This document shows positions 39,439 to 47,391 of a stretch of DNA of 64,000 nucleotides, in pieces. Location: NCBI GenBank assembly GCA_963796105.1, contig CAWCKJ010000004.1:1376001-1440000 (forward strand). Reading direction: 5' to 3'. The notes under the pieces are model-generated. The model saw only the letters and a list, made by a program, of their open reading frames with translations. It had not been told where the DNA came from and made no database searches. The stretch comes from a candidate division FCPU426 bacterium. Its GTDB lineage: Bacteria; Oederibacteriota; Muellerivitia; Muellerivitales; Muellerivitaceae. A program made the translations under genes and the position numbers. Position 1 is the stretch's first letter, and every line of letters begins with the position of its first letter.

Positions 39439-39742
39439 AAAGAACCCTGCCCTCCCGTATAACGGTTGTGATGAAGTGGTTCTTAACGCCCTTCCATTCC
39501 TCGATTTCTTCCGGGGTCCACCAAACAATATCCTTGGCAACCCCCAAACCCGAAAGCCTTTGGTAAAGCCCCACGGTCCTTTTCCATCTTGGCAGGGAAG
39601 AAGGCGCGATCACCAATAGGTCAAAGTCGCTGTCCGGATTGTTCATGCCCCGGGCACGGCTTCCGAAAAGGAGAACCTTCAAGGGTTCCACTTCCTGACG
39701 GATACGCTTAACCATTTCAGGCAATAATTGGTCTTGAGTCAT
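39422..39742 (-). CDS. Minimal nucleotidyltransferase (MNT) antitoxin
   Basis: LFGSRARG...DSDFDLLVI and a C-terminal EGRVLY; overlaps the HEPN start. Confidence 0.92.
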   Translation of the reverse strand: MTQDQLLPEMVKRIRQEVEPLKVLLFGSRARGMNNPDSDFDLLVIAPSSLPRWKRTVGLYQRLSGLGVAKDIVWWTPEEIEEWKGVKNHFITTVIREGRVLYEKSA

Positions 39743-39745
39743 TTT

Positions 39746-39859
39746 CTAACCTTCCAAACGGATTCCGGGCATGCGCCCAATCCCGGCAAGCTTTAAATCG
39801 CTTTTGGCGAAGGACATCCATCGATGGGGGTCATCCGCGTCCAACGGTTTACGCGGCAT
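39746..39859 (-). pseudogene. Truncated HEPN gene (37 codons)
   Basis: MPRKPLDADDPHRWMSFAKSDLKLA...PGIRLEG*, a HEPN-type first helix overlapping the upstream MNT stop; ends before the CF-x-AQQ motif. Confidence 0.65.
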
Positions 39860-40199
39860 ATACTTCTTTCCCCTCGCGTAATACATCCCGGTAGATTAAG
39901 CCAGGGCTGTTTCCATACTTGGTCAGGTCCCCTGGAGTGGCCACAAGCACATCAAAAGGAATTTTCAATCCTTGAATGTCCCGGTACAATTTTTGGGCCG
40001 TGTGGCGCCGGTGGGTACCTTCAGGCATAACAACCATGAGATCGATGTCGCTATCCGGCCCCATCCTTCCCCTGACCGCCGATCCAAAAAGAATGATTCG
40101 GAGAGGGTGAACAATCTCCACGATTTGATCGACTATTTTTTCAACAACTTGCGTTTGCTTGCCCAAATTAAACCCCCAAATATTTCTGAACGTATACAT
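39849..40199 (-). CDS. Minimal nucleotidyltransferase (MNT) antitoxin
   Basis: ILFGSAVRG-x-x-x-PDSDIDLMVV, EGKEVY; likely TTG start at 40166. Confidence 0.9.
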   Translation of the reverse strand: MYTFRNIWGFNLGKQTQVVEKIVDQIVEIVHPLRIILFGSAVRGRMGPDSDIDLMVVMPEGTHRRHTAQKLYRDIQGLKIPFDVLVATPGDLTKYGNSPGLIYRDVLREGKEVYAA

Positions 40200-40264
40200 T
40201 ATAGTTTGTTTGACGCGGCAGGGTCTACCGCTACAAGAGTTTGGCTGGATTTGTGAGCTTCAGG

Positions 40265-40286
40265 CTACGGGTTGACGGTCGTGACG
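40265..40286 (-). repeat. Displaced 22-bp copy of the livK 3' end
   Basis: Reverse complement CGTCACGACCGTCAACCCGTAG encodes VTTVNP*, identical to the LivK C-terminus but with synonymous codons. Confidence 0.7.
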
Positions 40287-40304
40287 GTGGAATTCTCCGA
40301 CAGA

Positions 40305-40529
40305 TCAAGAAATCTCAAATTCAGAACGGGGAACCCTGCTTTGGTGGATGATGGATGCCAGGGTTCCGATCTTCAATTCCCGGTGATCAGGGACAGGAAC
40401 CGTTATGGTGGTACCCTCTTTGCGGAGTTGCATAACTACGTGACTGCCTTTTTGGCGGACCTGAGCGAACCCGTTTTTCTCCAAAATTCGGCATACTTCC
40501 TTACCGGAAAAAACGCGGAGTTTACCCAC
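40305..40529 (-). CDS. hicA: HicA family toxin
   Basis: L-x-x-NGF-x-x-VRQKGSH...VP-x-H-x-EL-x-x-GTL-x-SI. Confidence 0.93.
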   Translation of the reverse strand: MGKLRVFSGKEVCRILEKNGFAQVRQKGSHVVMQLRKEGTTITVPVPDHRELKIGTLASIIHQSRVPRSEFEIS

Positions 40530-40746
40530 GTGCTACTTCAAAACGCGTGACGAATACATCCCCGCGAAGTCTTTGGTTGATTTCGGAGGGGTCGGCGCAA
40601 TCCAAAAAAAGCTCTACGGCTTCCTTCAAATTGGCCGTTGCTTCCTCGACCGTTTTTCCCTGGCTGGCAACATCCAACTCCGGGCACAGGGCCACGTACA
40701 TATCATTTTCTCTCTCTAACACCGCTGTGAAACTAGTTAAGGTCAT
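40522..40746 (-). CDS. hicB: Short HicB family antitoxin (hicB-hicA order)
   Basis: YVALCPEL-x-x-ASQG-x-T-x-EEA-x-x-NLKEA-x-EL; no DNA-binding tail. Confidence 0.92.
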   Translation of the reverse strand: MTLTSFTAVLERENDMYVALCPELDVASQGKTVEEATANLKEAVELFLDCADPSEINQRLRGDVFVTRFEVARG

Positions 40747-40816
40747 GTCTGACTCCCATGCGTTGATTATACAGTAATCAGACCTTTTAAACCAAAAGTC
40801 AGGTTAATAACAAGGA

Positions 40817-41944
40817 TTATGGGTTTACAGTCGTGACGAAGGATTCCTTGCCCTTTTCGATTTTCAAGACCACAGCCGATTTCACCGCGTCGCGGTTCTC
40901 GTTCAGGCTGATGTTGCCTGTCACGCCGGGAAAGTTCTTGGTGGCCGCGATAGCGTCCCTAATATCCTGGGAGCCGAGGCTCTTGGCGGTCTTCAGGGCC
41001 GCCGCAAGGACTTCTACCGCGTCATAGCCCAAAGTGGCCAGGGCGTCGGGGATGTGGCCGAATCGGGTCTTGTAGTTGTTCACGAAATCAACCACCTTGG
41101 GGTCGGTTGACATGGATGAGAAGTGGGTGGAGAAATAACAGCCTTCCAGGGCGGTTCCGCCGATCTCAAAAAGCTTGCTGGATTCCCAGCCGTCGCCGCC
41201 CAAGAGGGGAATCTTCAATCCCAGCTCGCGGGCCTGCTTGGCGATAAGGCCCACCTCGGTGTAGTAACCAGGCACGAAAATGACGTCCGGCTTCACTTCC
41301 CGGATGCTGGTCAATTGCGACTTGAAATCGATGTCGCCCTGGACGTAACTCTGGTCTATGACAATGGTCCCGCCCTTTTCCTTAAACCTTTTGATGAAGT
41401 AGTCCGCCAGGCCCATGCTGTAGTCGGATTTCTGGTCGCGGAAAATGGCCGCCGTCTTGGCCTTGAGGTGGTCGAGGGAGAAATCAGCCATGACCTGTCC
41501 CTGGAAGGGGTCGATGAAACAGACGCGGAAGATATAGTCACCCTGCTGGGTGACTTTGGGGTTGGTGGAGGAGGGGGAGATCATGGGGGTCTTGCGGTCC
41601 TGGCAGATGGGCGCCGCCGCGAGGGAGAGGGAACTGGCGACTTCCCCGATGACCACTTGGACCTGGTCCTGGGTGATGAGCTTGGTGACCGCTACCGCGG
41701 CTTGCTCTGGTTTACCCTGGTCGTCCAGGGTGGTGACGACGAGTTTTTTGCCGTTGATGCCCCCTGCCGCGTTGATCTCATCCGAGGCGAGGAGTACGCC
41801 CTCGTGGTTGGACTGGCCGAAAGTGGCCTGGCCCCCCGTGAGGGAGGCGAACTCCCCGATCCGGATCTCGTTGGGATTGATCTTTGGCCCGCAGGAAAGG
41901 CTGAGAATTCCGAGAAAGGCTAAAGCTACGATTAAATGACGCAT
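40817..41944 (-). CDS. livK: Branched-chain amino acid ABC substrate-binding lipoprotein
   Basis: Lipobox LSLSC, INAAGGING, DDQG, SSTNP-x-VT, FRVCFIDPFQG, GGDGW; ATG at 41944 after AAGGAG. Confidence 0.9.
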   Translation of the reverse strand: MRHLIVALAFLGILSLSCGPKINPNEIRIGEFASLTGGQATFGQSNHEGVLLASDEINAAGGINGKKLVVTTLDDQGKPEQAAVAVTKLITQDQVQVVIGEVASSLSLAAAPICQDRKTPMISPSSTNPKVTQQGDYIFRVCFIDPFQGQVMADFSLDHLKAKTAAIFRDQKSDYSMGLADYFIKRFKEKGGTIVIDQSYVQGDIDFKSQLTSIREVKPDVIFVPGYYTEVGLIAKQARELGLKIPLLGGDGWESSKLFEIGGTALEGCYFSTHFSSMSTDPKVVDFVNNYKTRFGHIPDALATLGYDAVEVLAAALKTAKSLGSQDIRDAIAATKNFPGVTGNISLNENRDAVKSAVVLKIEKGKESFVTTVNP

Positions 41945-42098
41945 GTTGGACTCCTTCATGACTTATGGGTGGGTTGAAACGTGGGTTAGGATAGGCAAGA
42001 GGCGGGAGCGCGTCAAGAACGTGGAACGTATGCCCGCGCAAGGAATTGCGGGGTTTTACTACATTTTGTAATGGCTTGGCCTTGATATAATCCCACCC

Positions 42099-44039
42099 AT
42101 GAATTCAAGCTTGCTAAGCGACACCCTGGAAACCTCCCGAAATAAACAGCGATTAAGCTGGTCCAATCCCTGGGCCTATGCCCTGGCCTGTTGTTTCCTT
42201 TTGCTCATTCTATTTGGGGCTCACCGGATCAACGACACCGACATGGGGTTCCACTTGAGAACCGGCCAGTGGATCCTGGAAAACCATTGGGTGCCCACCC
42301 AGGAACCTTTCGCCTATACCGTTCCAGGTCATGAGTACCTGGACATGGAATGGCTTTACCAGGTCCCGCTTTACCTTCTATATGTAATGGGGGGATACAC
42401 CCTGATCTCCCTCGCCCATATCACGCTGATAGTCCTGGCCTTTTTCCTCTTATTCCGGCGTCTTCGGATAACCGGAGCTTCCTTATGGCTGTGCGCCTTC
42501 CTGATGGCGGCGGCGGTGATGGCTTCCGAGATCCGTTGCCGGGTGAGGCCTGAAGTCCTCAGCTGGGTCCTCATGGGGTTGATGCTCTGGGTGCTGGAAT
42601 CCAGGAATAGAAAAAAGGGGGATCTGCTTTTTTGGCTTCCTTTCATCCAATGGCTTTGGGTCAATACCGAAGGCCTTTTCGGCCTCGGTCTTGGTTTGAT
42701 GGGTTTCTACTGGATATCCAACCTGGTACACACTCACAAGAATGACTCGAAACTCTTGAAATATTTCGGGCTGTCCCTGGGCGCCTGCCTTTTGAATCCC
42801 TATTTCATCAGGGGCTTTTTGTTTCCCCTGAGCCTTTTGTCCAAGCTAAGTCAGTCCAATTCCAACATCTTCAAGTACGCTGTAAAGGAATTCCAACCGC
42901 CCTGGGCCCTGTCCTATCCCAATGATTTTCTTCCGCCGGCCTATCTTTTGACTTACAAGATTTTCTGCGTCATTTTCCTGCTTTTGCTCTTGGCCACATT
43001 CCGAAAGAGGAAAACCCACGAATGGCTGATGGCCCTCGTGTTTCTTGCGTTTTCCGTGTCGGCCCTGCGCAACATTCCCCTCCTCCTATTGGCTTGCGCG
43101 CCTATCGCCGCCTCCTGTTGGTTGAATTTGAATTGGAAATGGGTTGGGCGGCTTCAGGACAAGGTTTTTTCCAAATCTTTTTGTGCCTGGGTTTTGACGC
43201 TTTTTCTTTTGGGTTTTTCTCTGAGGATGGTGACGAACGCCCATTATGTCTCCCGCCGGCTGGCGGACCGGATGGGCATTGGATTGGATGAGGATACCCT
43301 GCCGGTAAAGGCCTGCGAGTTCCTGGTCCAAAACCATCTGGATGGGAGGGTCGTCAACACGCTGGACGAGGGGGATTGGCTGGATTGGAAGGGACCCCAG
43401 AAAACTTTCATCGACGGCAGGCTGGAGGCCATGGGTGAGGAATTTTTCACCGAGTACACGCAATCCATGTCGCCAGGGGCACTCAAGCTGATGATGGACA
43501 AGTATCGGCCGGACATCGTCTTCTTCCATCCTCTCCACGCGCCCCAGTGGGTATTCGAGATGAAAAACATGGCGGGCTGGCGCCTGGTATATACGGACAG
43601 CCACGCCGCGGTTTATTTGAGGCAGGGCTACGCGGACAATATCCCGGCTCTGGATTTCGACCAGATTCTTTCGGAATGGGGGGTGGACAAGGCCGTCCTT
43701 GGGGAAGCGGACAGCCTGCTTCAGACTTCCCACCCGCCTTCGTGGGTCCGCTTTTTGGAGGGCTTCGTGGTGCCGGCGGTTTATCCGAACGACCTCCAGA
43801 ACCTGGGGATTTTCTGCGCCCGAAACGACCGCTTGAAGGAAGGCAAATGTTTTTTCCTGGAGGCCATCCGAAGGACCCATGGATGGTATTGCGATTTTTA
43901 TTTCAACCTGGGAAGCATGGATTATTACCTCACCCAAAGGTACCAGGAGGCCCTGACCTGCATGCAAAGGGTCCTGGAGGACCAGCCCAATAACCAATTC
44001 GCGAATAAGGTGGTCCAGGACATCTCGAAGCTTCATTGA
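42099..44039 (+). CDS. Polytopic membrane protein, GT-C-like, with a C-terminal TPR
   Basis: D-x-GFHL-x-TG-x-WI, EWL, RPE, LW-x-N, LLNP, EFQPP, RNIP and FIDGR motifs; TPR-like tail. Confidence 0.65.
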   Translation: MNSSLLSDTLETSRNKQRLSWSNPWAYALACCFLLLILFGAHRINDTDMGFHLRTGQWILENHWVPTQEPFAYTVPGHEYLDMEWLYQVPLYLLYVMGGYTLISLAHITLIVLAFFLLFRRLRITGASLWLCAFLMAAAVMASEIRCRVRPEVLSWVLMGLMLWVLESRNRKKGDLLFWLPFIQWLWVNTEGLFGLGLGLMGFYWISNLVHTHKNDSKLLKYFGLSLGACLLNPYFIRGFLFPLSLLSKLSQSNSNIFKYAVKEFQPPWALSYPNDFLPPAYLLTYKIFCVIFLLLLLATFRKRKTHEWLMALVFLAFSVSALRNIPLLLLACAPIAASCWLNLNWKWVGRLQDKVFSKSFCAWVLTLFLLGFSLRMVTNAHYVSRRLADRMGIGLDEDTLPVKACEFLVQNHLDGRVVNTLDEGDWLDWKGPQKTFIDGRLEAMGEEFFTEYTQSMSPGALKLMMDKYRPDIVFFHPLHAPQWVFEMKNMAGWRLVYTDSHAAVYLRQGYADNIPALDFDQILSEWGVDKAVLGEADSLLQTSHPPSWVRFLEGFVVPAVYPNDLQNLGIFCARNDRLKEGKCFFLEAIRRTHGWYCDFYFNLGSMDYYLTQRYQEALTCMQRVLEDQPNNQFANKVVQDISKLH

Positions 44040-44222
44040 ATAGAAAACATAATTTAACCACAGGTTCCTTCGGAACCACATACCAGCCTTCTAAAAAAAT
44101 TTCAATGTGGCTGGCATAGTACCGATTGTCATAATTGTTTTATGGAAAATCGGCACAATGGCACAGTGAGAAAAAGGCTGATTTTTTACCGTTTAAGATC
44201 TATGCATGTAAAATGTTTTTTG

Positions 44223-44284
44223 ACTCAACTTTGGCAAATTTGCGGGACACATGACTCGTCTTTCAAGATTTGCCAAAGTTGAGT
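44223..44284. mobile_element. Minimal 62-bp CTCAACTTTGGCAAAT element
   Basis: Perfect 17-bp TIRs at 44223-44239 and 44268-44284. Confidence 0.8.
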
Positions 44285-44435
44285 AGATAAATAATTTGTT
44301 CTTTTAACTGTGTCTCTGTGTCGCTGTCCCACAATCCAATTTAAGATTGGGAAATGCGGGACTATACCGACCCCCTTGTTTTCTTTATTGAAGGTCGGCA
44401 TGTGGTGAAATATTGTTAGGCCTTAAAGGGTAAAC

Positions 44436-47291
44436 ATGAAATTATTTCAATTGGTGAAAAGAAAGCCTTTCCTTCTGGGCCTGCTTTCCTTGCTATGCGT
44501 CTCCTCGGTCCTTTGTTTTTATTACTTAAAAACCCATCCCAGGGGATTCGACATGGACCGGGACGAGGACGGCGAGAAGGAAGTGCATCCCAGGGTTTTG
44601 CAGGAATGGTTCAACCGGGGCAGGAAAAGCCCGGATGGCCGTCCCTCCGCGGCCCACCGGATGGAAGCCAAACGAAGAGCCTCCGCCCTTCCCCTGGCCC
44701 GGCCAGGAAACCAAGCGCTTCAGTCCAGGCTCCGCCCCGGGTTCGGAATTCCCCGAGATAACCCTCCCTGCGATTGGACCGAGATGGGTCCCTCCCCCGA
44801 AAATGACTCGGTGGATTTCCTGACTTCCTATGTCTATGGCAACGTCTCTGGCCGGATCACCAGCCTTGCCCTGGACCTTGCGAATGACAACACCGGAAAC
44901 ACCCTCTATGTGGGTTCGGCCTACGGGGGCGTTTGGAAAACCACCAACGGCCTCAACGGCTCACCTACATTCACTCCCATCAGCGACCCGACCCAAAGCC
45001 TGGCGATGGGGTCTTTGGCCCTGGACACCAGCGTGAACCCGCCCATTATTTACGTCGGGTCGGGTGAGCTGAACATGGCGGGGGATTCCTATTACGGGAC
45101 CGGAATATTAAAGACCACCAATGATGGGGCCTCCTGGACTCTTGCTGGTTCCGCCAACGGCGGGACGCTTTCTTTCATGGGCCTGGCCTTCTCCAAGCTT
45201 TTGGTGGATCCATCCAGCCCCTCCACGGTTTTGGCGGCGGCTGGTTTCGCCTGTTGTCACCCCGGTATCACCAACCTGAACCAGGGTCTTTACCGATCCA
45301 CCGACCAGGGAAACACTTGGACCCAGGTCTCCGCGGTCAACGGAACGGGACAAGCCATCGCTGGCCATTCCTTTACGGACATTATTTATGACGGGAGCGC
45401 GACTTTTTACGCGGCCGTAAGGTTCCAAGGGGTTTACGCCTCCACGGACCATGGAAACAGCTGGACCCAACTGCCTTCCCCCTTCCCCAGCGGAACTGCG
45501 CCGACTTCCGGGGGCGGAAGCAATTTCGCCCGGGCCACCCTGGCTTTCCGGGGAGGAACCCTTTGGTGCCTGGCCACCGACGCGAATGAGGGACCCTCAA
45601 TTCCGGTGAATGGAACGGATACAGGTCTTTCCCAGTCTGCGGATGGCGGTCACACCTGGACAGCCGTGAACCTTCCGGCCAATATTTTTGGAAGCGGCTC
45701 TGATGTCCAAGGAAACTATGATCAATATGTCGCGGCTCCGCCAAGTTCCACTGCTCTCTTAGTGGCCGGCATCGACTTATATGAAGCATCTACGGTCAAT
45801 GGTAAAAACACCTCCTGGACCAACCAGACGAACGCCTATTCAAGCACTCCCAAGAGCCACCCGGACCAGCACGCCGTCGCGTTTATGAATGCCAGCACCT
45901 GGTATATCGGAAACGACGGGGGTGTCTGGGCTACCCAGAACTCTGGCTCGCAATTCACCAATAAGAACACCAACCTGGGGACCATCCAGTTTTACAGCGT
46001 GAGCCCCGATCCCTCTGGTTTCGGTAAATTCATCGGCGGGTCCCAGGACAACGGCACAGCCGCCAACCACGGCAACGCCGGTTCCACCTGGACCCTTTAT
46101 TACGGCGGGGATGGAGGTTATACCGACGCCAATCCGGCCATGCTGGGACAGTTTTATTCGGAGAATTTCGGAATCGGTCTATTCCGTTCGGATAATTACG
46201 GCGCGGATTTCTTCACCCATGTTGTGGTTGACTCAAATTATGGCGCCATCTCAGGAGATGACGCTGGCATTCTAGTGCCTTACCAAGTACTGCCTAGCAA
46301 TCCCGCGACAGTGGTTCTGGGAACCTCCAGGGTTTGGGAGGGTCCCGGCAAACCCTCGGGGGATGGCTCCGGATGGGGCCCTATCAGCCCCTATTTGATT
46401 GGGAACGGCGCTTTCCAATATATCCTGGCTCTCGCCGTGGCTCCCAGCAACACAAGTTATATTTACGCCACCACCTCGGATGACAACGCGGGAAGCTACC
46501 AAGTATTCACCAACTCAGGCGGGAGCAATTGGACCAACGTTTCCACAGGTCTTCCCTCAGGGAACCCCATCGCGGGGATCGCGGTGGATCCCGGCAATCC
46601 GGCCATCGCCTATGCGGGCATCCAGGGTTTCGTGGGATCGACGGGATCTGGCCATATATTCCAAACCACCAACGGGGGAGGGAGTTGGACCGACATCACA
46701 GGCACCCTTCCTGACGCCCCGGTGAACTGGCTCCTGGTGGACCCACTCTTCCCGGGTGATCTATACGCCGCCACGGACGTCGGGGTATTTTCGACCCAGG
46801 CCGTGAACGGCGCCTCCACCAGCTGGTCCAGGATGGGATCAGCCCTTCCCGACAGCGTCATCCTGCAGATCAAGATGTCCGTAACCTGCCCGCGGCAGAT
46901 CGTGGCCACCACCCACGGACGGGGAGCCTGGGCCATCTGCCCCCTGGACACATCCTGTCCGCCCTCGCCTACACCCACCTATACACCGGTTTATGTTCCT
47001 TCCACCTCATTCAACGTCCAGGCATTGCCCAACAAGACTGACGGCCAGATCCCTGTCAGTTTCGCCGTAAACCTTCCCAGTTCGATGGATATCCAACTGA
47101 AGGTTTATGACCTAGTGGGAGAGTTGGTGTTCTCCAAGACCGTTCACGGGACAACCGGTTCCAATTCAATCTTGTGGCCCCCGAAAAACCAGGGCGGTAC
47201 GCCCCTGGCAAGCGGGCTTTATATCTATTTCGTGGAGGGAGGCGGCTCCTCCAACTTCCGCAAATCAGGCAAAATCGCCGTAGTTCGGTAG
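44436..47291 (+). CDS. Secreted BNR/Asp-box (sortilin/GH74-like) beta-propeller protein with an FlgD/T9SS-like C-terminal domain
   Basis: SGRI, GGVWKT, repeated S/T-x-D-x-G-x-x-W boxes, HPDQH, GNDGG, QDNGT, GGDG, THGRG; PT linker; tail ending LASGLY...KIAVVR. Confidence 0.85.
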   Translation: MKLFQLVKRKPFLLGLLSLLCVSSVLCFYYLKTHPRGFDMDRDEDGEKEVHPRVLQEWFNRGRKSPDGRPSAAHRMEAKRRASALPLARPGNQALQSRLRPGFGIPRDNPPCDWTEMGPSPENDSVDFLTSYVYGNVSGRITSLALDLANDNTGNTLYVGSAYGGVWKTTNGLNGSPTFTPISDPTQSLAMGSLALDTSVNPPIIYVGSGELNMAGDSYYGTGILKTTNDGASWTLAGSANGGTLSFMGLAFSKLLVDPSSPSTVLAAAGFACCHPGITNLNQGLYRSTDQGNTWTQVSAVNGTGQAIAGHSFTDIIYDGSATFYAAVRFQGVYASTDHGNSWTQLPSPFPSGTAPTSGGGSNFARATLAFRGGTLWCLATDANEGPSIPVNGTDTGLSQSADGGHTWTAVNLPANIFGSGSDVQGNYDQYVAAPPSSTALLVAGIDLYEASTVNGKNTSWTNQTNAYSSTPKSHPDQHAVAFMNASTWYIGNDGGVWATQNSGSQFTNKNTNLGTIQFYSVSPDPSGFGKFIGGSQDNGTAANHGNAGSTWTLYYGGDGGYTDANPAMLGQFYSENFGIGLFRSDNYGADFFTHVVVDSNYGAISGDDAGILVPYQVLPSNPATVVLGTSRVWEGPGKPSGDGSGWGPISPYLIGNGAFQYILALAVAPSNTSYIYATTSDDNAGSYQVFTNSGGSNWTNVSTGLPSGNPIAGIAVDPGNPAIAYAGIQGFVGSTGSGHIFQTTNGGGSWTDITGTLPDAPVNWLLVDPLFPGDLYAATDVGVFSTQAVNGASTSWSRMGSALPDSVILQIKMSVTCPRQIVATTHGRGAWAICPLDTSCPPSPTPTYTPVYVPSTSFNVQALPNKTDGQIPVSFAVNLPSSMDIQLKVYDLVGELVFSKTVHGTTGSNSILWPPKNQGGTPLASGLYIYFVEGGGSSNFRKSGKIAVVR

Positions 47292-47391
47292 TTTGGTTTT
47301 CAATAACCGACTAAAAGAATTAACATATAAAATCTTTCTGGGGAGAGAGGTTTGGATAAAGCTTTATATTCCCCTTAAAAGGTGCCGGATC

